From Escherichia phage ECBP2: 64,000 nucleotides of DNA. The notes under the pieces are model-generated. The model had not been told where the DNA came from. It saw only the letters and a list, made by a program, of their open reading frames with translations, and ran no database searches. Both the position numbers and the translations under genes were made by a program. The stretch lies in sequence record NC_018859.1. One strand, written 5' to 3'. Positions 1 through 10,338 of this stretch are shown piece by piece (positions within the stretch are counted from its first letter, which is position 1; each line of letters opens with the position of its first letter).

Positions 1-1716
1 CTTCCCTTTGCAGCGATTGGTTCTTATGTCAAGGACTCTAAGGGTCGCACCATTGGTGTAAATCGTACTGGTATCAACTCTGATATCAAACAGCTCACTC
101 AGAAAGTAACCTTTACACAACCTGTAACTGTTCCTGATGCAGTTGGAGATTATGATGCAGTAACTTTGAGACAGCTTCGTAATAGTGGTGGTGGTTCTGG
201 TGGTCCTACCATGAGCGGTATCTCCAACTTTGGTATTGGTGATTTCCATCTTCGTGACAGTCGTGCTTTCATTCCTGCATTTGAAGTTGTGTCTGATGGG
301 CAGCTTTTAAACCGCGCTGACTATCCAGATCTGTGGGCTTATGCACAATTATTGTCACCAATCGAGGACTCTTTGTGGCTTTCTGACAAGTTCAAGCGTG
401 GGAGATATAGTAAAGGGGATGGTTCTACTACCTTCCGTGTTCCTGATAGGAATGGCGTTCAGGCTGGTTCTATTCGTGCTTTATATGCTCGCGGTGATGG
501 TGGTTCTTCTTCTGCTAACGGAGATATTTTTGAATCAGCAGCACCAAACATTACAGCTGATGTGACCTCGTATTCTTCAACCTCATACTCACAGGTATTT
601 GGGATAACTCATGGTGCTATGTATGTAGACAACAGCACTTTCCCAACTGGTGATGGTGATGCTATCCCTTCAACTGGAAACATTGCCATCAAAGGTCGAT
701 TCAATACCTTACACCTAGACGCATCGCGATCAAACTCAATTTATGGTGCATCATCTGATGAAATCATGGGTCGTAACTTTGTTGGTGTTTGGACTATTCG
801 TGCTCATGGTGGTTTTACTGCTGCTAATACTTCTTGGTCTGTTATTAACAGCGACTCGACAGAGCCTCCTAGCGGTACACCGATTACTGGTGGTTTAGTT
901 TCTTCTAAATACTTAGTTGGAGGTGTTGATAAGTATCGGTCTTCTTTCCAATTGCAAGGGTCTAATGAAGTTGATTTATCAACTAGAATTACCACCATAA
1001 ATGATAAATATTCCATCGGAGCTGCAACTTGGGATTTTAAATTAGATGGTAAACTTCTTTTCAACAAGAGTCTAACTCCTAATGGAACAGGAAACGCTCC
1101 TGGAAATACCTACTTAACTCTAGCTAATACTTGGATGAGTTCTTCATACTCTGGATATGTAGGGTTTGTTGGTGGTGGGGCTGGGGTTTCTAATGGGGGT
1201 TGGAGAAACTTTATTTCTTTAGGGGCTCTAATCTTCCCAGACTCTAACCATCCATCCGCTGTTATTTCTCAAGTTTATGACTATGACCTTCCTACAGGAA
1301 ATCAACCTAATGGAGACATTGTCAGAAATACCTATTTCAGTGCTGAGAGCTACGACATTACCTTCGGGAACAACAGTGGGACTACTAATTACATCTTCAG
1401 TAAATCTCCAGTCTCTGACGAACGACTCAAGCATAGCATTAAGGAAGAAGGGACAGCCACAGCTCTTTCTAACTTAAACAAGATGGAGTATAAAACCTTT
1501 ATCTATAATTATGATGAGAAAGCAACTGTAAGGCGTGGGTTTATTGCCCAGCAACTTGAAGCTATTGACCCTCAATATGTTAGGAAGTATAAAACTTTCA
1601 AAGGGACTGATACCCTAGCTTTAGATGAGAATGTGTTGCTTTTAGATGCAATTGCTGCAATCCAAGAACTTACCAAAAAGGTTGAAGTTCTAGAAGCGAA
1701 GTTAGCAGAGAAGTAA
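1..1716 (+). CDS. tail fibre protein, 5'-partial, with C-terminal intramolecular-chaperone (S74-like) domain
   Basis: Reading frame is open from nt 1 (no stop before the track start at 166, which is a TTG); tail-collar-like LNRADYPDLWAYAQ; DAVTLRQLRN fibre motif; C-terminal SDERLKHS...GFIAQQLEAIDPQYV...LDENVLLLDAIAAIQEL resembles the auto-cleaving chaperone domain of tail fibres/endosialidases. Confidence 0.7.
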   Translation, partial: LPFAAIGSYVKDSKGRTIGVNRTGINSDIKQLTQKVTFTQPVTVPDAVGDYDAVTLRQLRNSGGGSGGPTMSGISNFGIGDFHLRDSRAFIPAFEVVSDGQLLNRADYPDLWAYAQLLSPIEDSLWLSDKFKRGRYSKGDGSTTFRVPDRNGVQAGSIRALYARGDGGSSSANGDIFESAAPNITADVTSYSSTSYSQVFGITHGAMYVDNSTFPTGDGDAIPSTGNIAIKGRFNTLHLDASRSNSIYGASSDEIMGRNFVGVWTIRAHGGFTAANTSWSVINSDSTEPPSGTPITGGLVSSKYLVGGVDKYRSSFQLQGSNEVDLSTRITTINDKYSIGAATWDFKLDGKLLFNKSLTPNGTGNAPGNTYLTLANTWMSSSYSGYVGFVGGGAGVSNGGWRNFISLGALIFPDSNHPSAVISQVYDYDLPTGNQPNGDIVRNTYFSAESYDITFGNNSGTTNYIFSKSPVSDERLKHSIKEEGTATALSNLNKMEYKTFIYNYDEKATVRRGFIAQQLEAIDPQYVRKYKTFKGTDTLALDENVLLLDAIAAIQELTKKVEVLEAKLAEK

Positions 1717-1722
1717 TCTAAT

Positions 1723-1743
1723 AGCCCCTTCGGGGGCTTTAGT
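1723..1743 (+). terminator. rho-independent terminator (AGCCCC-TTCG-GGGGCT + T-run)
   Basis: Perfect GC hairpin with TTCG tetraloop followed by TTT directly after the tail fibre stop. Confidence 0.6.
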
Positions 1744-1810
1744 AGTAAGTCTGTTCAAGAAGTAATGAAACTACTATATCACAAAAGGAATACACATAGG
1801 AGATACGAAG

Positions 1811-2029
1811 ATGAAAATGATGAAACAAATCAGTTATGGGTTAGCTTGTGTTGCTACCGGTTTTGCTGTGTCAGTGGCTGTTCCTGTTAACGCAGTGCAT
1901 CCTCTGGTAACACAACCTGCACCAGTTGAGAAATTGAGTGCATCATGTAAGCAGCGTACAATTCAGAATAATCTTGTGGTTATTTGTCCGGACTCTGATT
2001 CTAGTGCTCTGAGAAATATGCTTCAGTAA
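1811..2029 (+). CDS. small membrane/secreted protein immediately upstream of endolysin (holin candidate)
   Basis: 72 aa; N-terminal hydrophobic segment ISYGLACVATGFAVSVAVPV; AGGAG RBS upstream; position in lysis cassette. Confidence 0.4.
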   Translation: MKMMKQISYGLACVATGFAVSVAVPVNAVHPLVTQPAPVEKLSASCKQRTIQNNLVVICPDSDSSALRNMLQ

Positions 2030-2059
2030 TTTAGGGCTGACTGGAAAAGGAGGTGAAAA

Positions 2060-2551
2060 ATGGATAATGTCGCATTGCCACCGATACAACTGAGCTTAAG
2101 CCCAGAAGGGATGGAATTCATCATGAAGCATGAAGGTATGAGAACTCGTGCTTACCAAGATTCCGCAGGTATCTGGACGATATGTGTTGGGGCTACGCGC
2201 GATATGAATGGGTATCCAGTTAGACAGGGATTAACGTATTCTATAGAGGATTGTCTAGCTCTGCTAGATAGAGACACACAAGACTCTGTTCGTGCCACTC
2301 AGAAAAATATTAGGGTTCCTTTGCTAACCCACGAGTTTGATGCTCTCACCTCTTTCAATTTTAATGTAGGAGGAACAGCTCTATCAACTTCTAAGCTAAG
2401 GAAAGTGATCAACGGAGATGCTAAGGGTGATGTTTACTCAGAGTTCTTACGTTGGGATAAGATAACAGTCAGAGGTGTAAAACAACAGAGTCCGGGACTT
2501 CACAACCGAAGAGTTGCAGAAGCAGACCTATACACCATAGGTAAATATTAA
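2060..2551 (+). CDS. endolysin, GH24 lysozyme (muramidase)
   Basis: GMEFIMKHEGMRTRAYQDSAGIWTICVGAT matches the catalytic E...D...T region of T4/P22-type phage lysozymes; GGAGG RBS; no signal peptide. Confidence 0.85.
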   Translation: MDNVALPPIQLSLSPEGMEFIMKHEGMRTRAYQDSAGIWTICVGATRDMNGYPVRQGLTYSIEDCLALLDRDTQDSVRATQKNIRVPLLTHEFDALTSFNFNVGGTALSTSKLRKVINGDAKGDVYSEFLRWDKITVRGVKQQSPGLHNRRVAEADLYTIGKY

Positions 2552-2563
2552 TGGAGGTGCCTT

Positions 2564-3367
2564 TTGGCTATTGAAACTACAGCGGTAGTAACTACCGATT
2601 TAAATCCCCTGTACCCTCGTGACAGGGACTACATCTACGAAGGGGCGGCTCAACTCCGCCTCATTAAACAAGTGTTGATTAATACATTCCCTAATATCAC
2701 TGAACCAGTGAACCTGTCCTCTGAATCCTTTAAGGCTTTGTCAGAGAAGATCACATTTACTGGCGATGCAATGGATGTTGGTAATCTGATGATTAAGAAC
2801 CTAACTCCGGGTACAGGTGATAAAGATGCTGTAACCAAAGGTCAGATGGAAGCTTTCATGTTGAATTGGATGCAGAATAAACTTTATCGTATTGGTGCTT
2901 ACTATATCACTGAAGAAGATATCAACCCCGGTGATTCTAGCTCTCTCGGCTTTGGCTCTTGGGCTAAAGTTACTGGTGTTGTTATGGGTACTGGTGTTGT
3001 CAACCCCGATGGATCTGTTCCTAACGCCCAGCGTGTTGAGTTCCAAGCAGGCGGTACAGGTGGTCGTGTGTTCAATACAGTTCGTGCTGATAACATGCCT
3101 CTGACGACAATCAACGGTTCTAGTTTCCAAGTAAGTTCTTACTCTCACGCACACGGTATTACGATGGGTCGTGGTGATGCTAGTGGTCACAATAGCAACC
3201 CTAACTGGTATAGTCCGGGTGGTGGTTATACTCAGACAACTGATACAAATACTCACTCACACTCAATCTCTGGTTCTGTTAGTTTTGGTTATGATGATAT
3301 CTCTCGTCAGCCTATTAACACTTTACCACCGTTCCGAGCAGCACACATTTGGAGACGTATTAGCTAA
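2564..3367 (+). CDS. tail fibre-like protein (fibre N-terminal adaptor motif)
   Basis: DKDAVTKGQMEAFMLNW resembles the conserved DAVxxGQL motif of podovirus tail fibres (T7 gp17 N-terminal region); Gly/Ser/Thr-rich C-terminus. Confidence 0.5.
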   Translation: MAIETTAVVTTDLNPLYPRDRDYIYEGAAQLRLIKQVLINTFPNITEPVNLSSESFKALSEKITFTGDAMDVGNLMIKNLTPGTGDKDAVTKGQMEAFMLNWMQNKLYRIGAYYITEEDINPGDSSSLGFGSWAKVTGVVMGTGVVNPDGSVPNAQRVEFQAGGTGGRVFNTVRADNMPLTTINGSSFQVSSYSHAHGITMGRGDASGHNSNPNWYSPGGGYTQTTDTNTHSHSISGSVSFGYDDISRQPINTLPPFRAAHIWRRIS

Positions 3368-3376
3368 GGAGGTAGC

Positions 3377-6300
3377 ATGGCTCTCTATCCGATTAAATCA
3401 TTAGGCGCAGTTGGGGTTATCGCTGACCAAGCACCTACTGACTTAGCACCAAATGCTTTCACTAACGCTATTAATGCTCGGTTTGTTGAGCAGAGAGTCT
3501 TTAAGACGGGGGGTAATGCCCCTCTTTCTTATGTAGACGAAGATAAAGATCTGACTCCTCTCTCGTTCCTTTCAATGCCTTTCGATTATTATAGCGCAGG
3601 TACTAGCTTCCTTGTGGTAGGTACAGATAAGAAACTGTATAAACTTACCGATGAAAGTTTAACTGATATCAGCCGTAAGGTTGCTACAGCTACGAAGAAA
3701 GCATCAGCGACAATTAAGATTTATCCAGTGGTCTCTAGTATTTCCCCTAAAGAGACTTCTGTATCCATGAACTTTAACCAGACCAAGATTCTTGAAGTTG
3801 AAGTTAAACCAGTAGATGCACAGAATGCTAACCTAGTTTGGGAAGTGAGTAACTCTTCTTATGGTAGTATCGAGGTTGACCCTACTGATTCTAAGAAAGC
3901 TACACTGACTTCTAAATCAGTTGAAGGTAATCTAGTTGTTACGGTCAGTACAGCTGACGATTCTATCTCAGCTCAGATTGCAGTTAACATCATCGATGGT
4001 GATTCTGGTATTTATCTGAGTCAAGATACACTGACTATGCGTAAAGGTGGTACTTCTACTCTTACAGCTATCACAGGTAAACCTTCTGTAACTTGGACTT
4101 CTTCTAACCCATCTTTGATTTCGGTTTCTCCTAATGCTAACACTAAGACGGTTGTTCTTACAGCTCTTGGAGAAGGACAGGCAACTATCACCGCTGACAA
4201 TGGGACAAAGACTGCATCTTGTGTAGTAACAGCGATTCCTCAGATTGATAGTATCTCATTAAGCCAGACAGATGTTCAAATGAGTCGTGGTACTCAGTAT
4301 ATCTTGACAGCAACTGTTAGCCCAGCTAATGCTCCTAACCAAGCAATCACTTGGACTTCTTCTAATACCAATATTGCTACAGTAAGTGGTACAGGTACAG
4401 AAGCTACCATCACTGGTTTGCTTGCAGGTTATACGGAGATTACAGCAGTGACAGCAGAGGGAAGTCGTTCAGCAGTTTGTACTGTTCGAGTTGACCTATC
4501 CTCTCGTTTGGCAAGTAGGGCTATGTCAGCAATGGCTATCACTACAGAAGCTCCTGTAGAAGAACCGGTTGTTGAGTCAGAAGAAGTTACTTATTTTGAC
4601 ACTGATACAATTGGTATTGATACGTCAGGGATGTCAGAAGGGAATAACTTCTACGACTACTCCAACGTTATGGACTTGGAAGGATTTGGTAGAGCAGCAA
4701 TGCTTGCTAATGATCCTCCTCTCACTGGAGTTACTCTTGATGTTATTGATGCTTCTCTTGATGTAGGTGAAGAAATTGTTATCACAGCTACAGCATCTCC
4801 TACTGGAAGTTACACTTACAAGTGGACGGTTGATAAGAGTGGTTATGTTTCTACTACCTCTACAACTAACCCTACTTTGAAACTTACTGCTATTCGTAAG
4901 GGTGAGATTAAGGTGACTTGTACTGTAAGCCAGATGGTCCAGAAAGACTATGATGCGTTTGAAGATTATCCTTGGTATCATGCGATCATCTCTAACTGTG
5001 CAGTAGCAACTACTCACTACGAAACTCCTCAGGTTAAGGAATTCGATTCTGAATACTTCACTGATCTTCCGGGATGGGGTGAACAGACAGTTGTTGATGC
5101 AGATGGCAACCCTTCTGTTAAGAAGTATAACTGGAAGTGTGAACGAGTAAGGGCTTTTAATAATAGGTTGTTTGCTCTGAATATGAGAGAGTCTAACGCT
5201 TCTGGTGTTACTACTCATTATCCTCTTCGTTTACGTTGGTCTAACTTTGCAGAGGAAAACAAGGCTCCTGAGCTTTGGGATGATTATGCATACGACCGAG
5301 CAGTAACTTCTGACCTAGCAGCTAACATCGTAGGACAGACAGAAGCTCTTGAGAATGGTTACGCAGGGTATATTGACTTGGCTGACTCTAACGGTAGTTT
5401 GTTAGATGTTCTTCCTCTGAAAGATTACCTGTTCGTGTATACTGAGTTTGAAACCTACATTGGTTCTCCTACTAACAACACCTATCAGCCTTTGATGTTT
5501 AAGAAGCTGTTTAACGATTCAGGTATCCTTGCTCCTGAATGTGTGGTGGAAGTTGAGGGTGGTCACTTTGTAGTAACTCAGAACGACGTCATTCTACATA
5601 ATGGTGCTTCTAAGAAATCTATTGCTTCTAACCGAGTGAAGAACATGCTCATTAATGAGATTTGTCTGGTGAACCCAATTGCTACACGAGTTCATCTTCA
5701 TCAGGATAAGAAAGAAGTGTGGGTTCTTTATGTAGGTCCGGGTGAACCTAAAGAAAGTTTTGCTTGTACTAAGGCAGCTGTATGGAACTACGAGTTTGAT
5801 ACTTGGTCTTTCCGTACGATTCCTTACTCTTACTGTATCGGTCTGGTTGATCCTCCTGTTCTGGAACGTGGTCCTATCTGGGCTGATTTCCAAGAGATCA
5901 CTTGGGATGACCCTTCGATTGACAAACTGGTGTGGAGAAAAGATGCAACTAACTTCCGTCAGCGAGTTACAATCATAGGTTCTTTCTTGAAAGGATTTTA
6001 CCAAGTTGATATAGGAGCTTTGGATTATATCTATGACAGAACAAATGATGTGGTTATAGAGAAGCCTCTGGAAATGAGACTAGAGAGAACGGGGATTGAT
6101 TTTGATAACGTCACTAATGAATGGAATCAGAAACACATTAACCGATTTAGACCTCAAGTAACAGGAACAGGGACTTATACTTTTGAAGCAGGTGGTAGTC
6201 AATTCTCTAATGAGTATGGACACAACCACTCTACTAAAGAGTTTAGGGTTGGTGTAGATCGTCACGTAGCAGTCAGACTGAACCATCCATACCTATTCTA

Positions 6301-6382
6301 TAATGTTATAGATAATGATGTTAACAGTAATGCGTCTATGAATGGTTTAACCATAGAGTTTGCTGTTGGCGGTCGAAGATAA
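3377..6382 (+). CDS. large tail/virion protein with bacterial Ig-like (BIG2-type) domains
   Basis: 1001 aa; repeated ~80-aa Ig-like segments (e.g. ITWTSSNTNIATVSGTGTEATITGLLAGYTEITAVTAEG); GGAGG RBS. Confidence 0.6.
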   Translation: MALYPIKSLGAVGVIADQAPTDLAPNAFTNAINARFVEQRVFKTGGNAPLSYVDEDKDLTPLSFLSMPFDYYSAGTSFLVVGTDKKLYKLTDESLTDISRKVATATKKASATIKIYPVVSSISPKETSVSMNFNQTKILEVEVKPVDAQNANLVWEVSNSSYGSIEVDPTDSKKATLTSKSVEGNLVVTVSTADDSISAQIAVNIIDGDSGIYLSQDTLTMRKGGTSTLTAITGKPSVTWTSSNPSLISVSPNANTKTVVLTALGEGQATITADNGTKTASCVVTAIPQIDSISLSQTDVQMSRGTQYILTATVSPANAPNQAITWTSSNTNIATVSGTGTEATITGLLAGYTEITAVTAEGSRSAVCTVRVDLSSRLASRAMSAMAITTEAPVEEPVVESEEVTYFDTDTIGIDTSGMSEGNNFYDYSNVMDLEGFGRAAMLANDPPLTGVTLDVIDASLDVGEEIVITATASPTGSYTYKWTVDKSGYVSTTSTTNPTLKLTAIRKGEIKVTCTVSQMVQKDYDAFEDYPWYHAIISNCAVATTHYETPQVKEFDSEYFTDLPGWGEQTVVDADGNPSVKKYNWKCERVRAFNNRLFALNMRESNASGVTTHYPLRLRWSNFAEENKAPELWDDYAYDRAVTSDLAANIVGQTEALENGYAGYIDLADSNGSLLDVLPLKDYLFVYTEFETYIGSPTNNTYQPLMFKKLFNDSGILAPECVVEVEGGHFVVTQNDVILHNGASKKSIASNRVKNMLINEICLVNPIATRVHLHQDKKEVWVLYVGPGEPKESFACTKAAVWNYEFDTWSFRTIPYSYCIGLVDPPVLERGPIWADFQEITWDDPSIDKLVWRKDATNFRQRVTIIGSFLKGFYQVDIGALDYIYDRTNDVVIEKPLEMRLERTGIDFDNVTNEWNQKHINRFRPQVTGTGTYTFEAGGSQFSNEYGHNHSTKEFRVGVDRHVAVRLNHPYLFYNVIDNDVNSNASMNGLTIEFAVGGRR

Positions 6383-6387
6383 CAACT

Positions 6388-6412
6388 AGGGAGCTTCGGC
6401 TCCCTTTTATTG
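6388..6412 (+). terminator. rho-independent terminator (GGGAGC-TTCG-GCTCCC + TTTTATT)
   Basis: Hairpin with TTCG loop and T-run right after the 1001-aa gene. Confidence 0.6.
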
Positions 6413-6431
6413 TTTATAATTGGAGGTATTT

Positions 6432-7442
6432 ATGGGTGCTGGAGGTTTTCGTAAGAATACTGGAAGAAACAACACCACACTTCCCTACAACGTTGGGTTT
6501 CTAAACAATGTAGAGGATACGGATAAATATAACGTTGCAGTTTATGATGAATTACAGAAAGTCAGTACAGCAACCAATCAAATGTTCCAAGCAATCGACG
6601 AGATTCATGATGAGATAGATGTTCGTATTAAAGCTCTTCATGCAATGAATCTACAGTTCGATGAACTTGAGAACCGAATTACTACAGAGATTGAAACAGC
6701 AATTGCTGATATCCAAACACAGATGGGTAATCTATCCACTGAAGATATTTGGGATAGAAGCACTAATCCTCCTACTAAATTGGATGGTACAGTTGCAGGT
6801 TTCAAAACTTCTATTGAAGGTAATGACTTAAAGATTCAGACAGTACAAGGGATTGTGAACGAACAGGGAGAGGAGATTGCTTTAGTTCAAACAGAACTTA
6901 CTGCTCAGGGTACTCAGATTGCTGAAGTGGATGGTAAGGTTACTACCGTACAGAACTCTCTTTCTCAATACATGAGATTAGACAGCTATGAAGCTACATG
7001 GGGTGTCAACTCTTCTGTTAACGGTCAGTATGCTGGAGTTAAACTTACTAACAACGGTACGAATAGTCAATTCCAAGTAACAGCTAACAAGTTTATTGTC
7101 GGTGATGGTAACTCAGGTAACACACCTTTCGTATTTGAAGGCGGTAGGGCTAGGATGGAGTTCGCTGATATTAAGAACGTCAACATTACCACAGCTCAGA
7201 TTGCTAATGCTCGTATTCAGTTTGCTCAGATTGATAACGTGTGGATTACTGACGGTCAGATTGCTAACCTTACTGCTAACAAGATTACTGCTGGTTCTAT
7301 GAGTGGTTCTAATTGGAGACTTACAGTTGGTGGAGATTTTGTTATGGGTGGTACAGGTGGGGCACAGCTGTGGATGAATGGTAACAGGATTGATTTCTAC
7401 GATGGTGGTGGTGCTTTGAGAATTAGAATAGGGAGTTGGTAA
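6432..7442 (+). CDS. virion structural protein (coiled-coil N-terminus, fibre-like repeats)
   Basis: Track ORF starts at TTG 6420; ATG at 6432 has a GGAGGT RBS; repeats ITTAQIANARIQFAQIDNVWITDGQIANLTANKITAG. Confidence 0.5.
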   Translation: MGAGGFRKNTGRNNTTLPYNVGFLNNVEDTDKYNVAVYDELQKVSTATNQMFQAIDEIHDEIDVRIKALHAMNLQFDELENRITTEIETAIADIQTQMGNLSTEDIWDRSTNPPTKLDGTVAGFKTSIEGNDLKIQTVQGIVNEQGEEIALVQTELTAQGTQIAEVDGKVTTVQNSLSQYMRLDSYEATWGVNSSVNGQYAGVKLTNNGTNSQFQVTANKFIVGDGNSGNTPFVFEGGRARMEFADIKNVNITTAQIANARIQFAQIDNVWITDGQIANLTANKITAGSMSGSNWRLTVGGDFVMGGTGGAQLWMNGNRIDFYDGGGALRIRIGSW

Positions 7443-7443
7443 T

Positions 7444-8463
7444 ATGGCGTATGGAATATGGTGTCAACCAGTGGGGCCGGGTCCAGCTACTCCGGCTGCT
7501 TTGTTTATAGATAGTAATTTAACATTTCCACAATATCTAGGGGCTTTTAGTATATCCCCTTCTTGGAGTGCAAGGAATGCCTCTTTTACTGTCGGTTCCT
7601 TTGACGGACAAGGTGAGTTGCTTATTGTTCCTACTAGTCGGTTGATTCAAGATTATTATGTTGGTACAGACCTGATGCCAAGCTTCAGCACTGTCACTGG
7701 CATAGGAACCTCTGGTCAGACTGTTAATATAAATATAGACCCAGCTGGTGCGAGTGGTAACAACAACCGTAACTTCCCCATGAGCTTTCAAGCCTATAAA
7801 CTCTGGCCTAGAGGTAATAGGAGTTATGGTATCACTTTCTCTAACTCAGCTGACTTCTTCTCTATCTCTGATAGTGGAGTTGTTGGTCAATGCACTTGGG
7901 CATACAGAGGTGGTGTTGGTGACGGCTTCACTGTTCCTAATGCTGGACCTAATGCTCTGGTTTTTGCCAATTGGAGTCAGGGAGGTGTGTGTGTTGGTTA
8001 TAATCCAAGTAATAGTCAAATGATTATTACTCACAATAGATCTAATCAATCTGGTAATAACAGAGGGGCTTCTGTTGGAGACATGCGAATAGCAGTATTT
8101 GCCAGTGGTGTAGGAGTTCCTGAGCACAATGGTGGCCTAAACATCTATTCACCGGGGACTACTTCTTGTGTCTTTTCTACCTACAGAACTCCTTTTGCCA
8201 TAAACAGATTCTTCCCTTCTAGTGGAGGAGGTACTGGATTAGGTATTCCTATGATGTGCCTTAATACTACTAATGGAGCTATAACTGGTCAAGGTGGGGG
8301 TTGGATGTGGGTTCATGAAAGAACACATACAATGGAGAATGGTACTGTTGGTACAGGTTTTGGACCTCTGGTTGCTAACTGGACAGATCAATATCCAATC
8401 AATGTAAATATAAATTTGAACTTCACATACCCAATGCTAGAAGGTTCTTTAATATACGCTTAA
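7444..8463 (+). CDS. virion structural protein
   Basis: 339 aa ORF tightly packed in the structural operon; Gly/Asn/Ser-rich. Confidence 0.45.
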   Translation: MAYGIWCQPVGPGPATPAALFIDSNLTFPQYLGAFSISPSWSARNASFTVGSFDGQGELLIVPTSRLIQDYYVGTDLMPSFSTVTGIGTSGQTVNINIDPAGASGNNNRNFPMSFQAYKLWPRGNRSYGITFSNSADFFSISDSGVVGQCTWAYRGGVGDGFTVPNAGPNALVFANWSQGGVCVGYNPSNSQMIITHNRSNQSGNNRGASVGDMRIAVFASGVGVPEHNGGLNIYSPGTTSCVFSTYRTPFAINRFFPSSGGGTGLGIPMMCLNTTNGAITGQGGGWMWVHERTHTMENGTVGTGFGPLVANWTDQYPINVNINLNFTYPMLEGSLIYA

Positions 8464-8472
8464 GGAGGATTT

Positions 8473-9267
8473 ATGACAATACGCATGGGAGTGTCCGAGC
8501 TAGACCCTATGGTCCAGCAAGCTTCTAAAAAGTACGGCATTCCTGCTGCTCTTATCCATGCAGTTATTCAGAGGGAGTCTAGTGGTAGACCTTCTGTTGC
8601 ATCAGGTACAGGGCCGGTAGGTTTAATGCAAATAAGTAAAGGGCTGGCTAAGGATTATGGCTACAAACTAGAAGATCGTCTAGACCCTGCTAAGAATATT
8701 GATATGGGTGCTAGGTATATCAGAGACAACTTAAAAGCTTTTGATGGTGATGTGAAGAAAGCTATGGTGGGATATTCTGAAGGGACTGGTGGAGCAAAAC
8801 AAATGTTCGCTGGTAAGAAAGGATTCACACCTCAGGCTTTGGATTCTATGAACAATAAGAACTTTCTTCCTTTCTATACAGCTAATGATGCTGCTGGTCA
8901 GGTTGCTAACCCGATGGGTGCTTTACAGTCAGTACAGCCAGTGAATCAGTTCTCTCCTGAATTGGTTACTAGAGAAGGTGCTGCTAATGCTCCTACTCAG
9001 GCTGAGATTGCTGCTGCTAAGACAGGTGCTCTTGGTGGCTCCCCTACTGAGTTCTATTCTGATGATGTAGAGGAAGCTGGAGAAGATCAGAAGCCACAAC
9101 AGAACTTTGGTAATGCTGCACTAGCTGCTGCTGCAATGTTAGCGGGTAAGGCTCCTAAGTCTCAAACAGTTCAGAGAGCACATGCACCAACTCAAGCAGG
9201 TTCTCAATACAGCCCACATACACAAGCCGTTCTTAGACGTTTGGCAAGTGTTGGTGTTATTAAATAA
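8473..9267 (+). CDS. lytic transglycosylase (SLT domain) virion/ejection protein
   Basis: ESSGRPSVASGTGPVGLMQISKGLAKDYGY matches the SLT catalytic E-S...GLMQ...Y motif. Confidence 0.7.
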   Translation: MTIRMGVSELDPMVQQASKKYGIPAALIHAVIQRESSGRPSVASGTGPVGLMQISKGLAKDYGYKLEDRLDPAKNIDMGARYIRDNLKAFDGDVKKAMVGYSEGTGGAKQMFAGKKGFTPQALDSMNNKNFLPFYTANDAAGQVANPMGALQSVQPVNQFSPELVTREGAANAPTQAEIAAAKTGALGGSPTEFYSDDVEEAGEDQKPQQNFGNAALAAAAMLAGKAPKSQTVQRAHAPTQAGSQYSPHTQAVLRRLASVGVIK

Positions 9268-9279
9268 TAAGGAGGACGT

Positions 9280-10329
9280 ATGTCTTTATTCGGGTCTGCT
9301 TCTAAGACTAAAACTACAGTGGCTCCATCTTCTCAGGTTGATGCTCTGTTAAAACAGATTGTAGCTAATGCTCAGAATATGAATAGCAATGATGCAGGTT
9401 TCATCTCTCAGCAATTGGCTGGTCTCAATCCTAATCAACAAGCTGCTCTTTCTAACCTAGCTAACTCCTCTACCCTGAACCAGTTGAGTGGTATGTATAC
9501 TCCTCGTACACAGCAGGGCTTAGATCAGATGAATACTCTGGCTCAGAAGTATTCTGCTCTAGGTAACAACTCTATTGGTGCTGGTGATGTTAATAACTTC
9601 AGTTCTGGACTTAATAACTCAGCTCTTGCTCAGTCAACTGGTAAAGCAGCTTCTAATGTATCTCTCGGTAATGGCTCTGACTCAGGTTCTCTCCGTCGTG
9701 CTTCTGCTCAAGGTGCTGCTTTGAACTCTGCTAATACTAATCTGTCTCGTAGCATCTCTGGCAAGAATTTGGGTGTTAATGCGCTCCAGTCTAATAACTC
9801 TTTCCAACAAGGATTGCTTAATGCTCAGACTGGATTAGCTGGACAGAATTTGAATCTTGGTGCTCAAGGTACACAAGCTGCTCAACAGGCTATTCAGAAC
9901 CAACTTACTGCTGGTAATCTACAGCAACAGCAAGATCAAGCACAAGCTGACCTTAATTGGCAGAACGCTATTGGTAGTCAACAATATGGGTGGAATCAAC
10001 TCAACAACCAACTGAATGTATTAAACTCAGTAAGTCCTATGGCTGGTTACACAATTACTAACAAAGGAGCCGCTCCTAATACAACTCAACAGCTTCTTGG
10101 AGCTGGTGTCACTGGTCTAGGTATTGCAGGTCGGTTAGGTGCATTCACTCCTAGTCAACAAACTACGAATGCTTGGAACTCCTACAATGCTTCTGGTGGT
10201 CAATCTGGTATGGCTGGTCCTATGATTGGTGGGTCTAACCTTTCCAACTCTTCTGGTCAGAGTAACTGGTTGTCTACAGCTGGGAGTAATATTTTAGGTG
10301 GTGTTCTCGGAGCCTTCGGGGCGAACTAA
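9280..10329 (+). CDS. Q/N/S-rich virion protein with glycine-zipper C-terminus
   Basis: 349 aa low-complexity; C-terminal LLGAGVTGLGIAGRLGAF...ILGGVLGAFGAN; paralogous to the next gene. Confidence 0.5.
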   Translation: MSLFGSASKTKTTVAPSSQVDALLKQIVANAQNMNSNDAGFISQQLAGLNPNQQAALSNLANSSTLNQLSGMYTPRTQQGLDQMNTLAQKYSALGNNSIGAGDVNNFSSGLNNSALAQSTGKAASNVSLGNGSDSGSLRRASAQGAALNSANTNLSRSISGKNLGVNALQSNNSFQQGLLNAQTGLAGQNLNLGAQGTQAAQQAIQNQLTAGNLQQQQDQAQADLNWQNAIGSQQYGWNQLNNQLNVLNSVSPMAGYTITNKGAAPNTTQQLLGAGVTGLGIAGRLGAFTPSQQTTNAWNSYNASGGQSGMAGPMIGGSNLSNSSGQSNWLSTAGSNILGGVLGAFGAN

Positions 10330-10338
10330 GGAGGAGTT

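Noticed and set aside
341-565. + strand ORF of 74 aa inside the tail fibre gene
   Set aside because: Alternative frame of a strongly supported gene with a hydrophobic junk translation.
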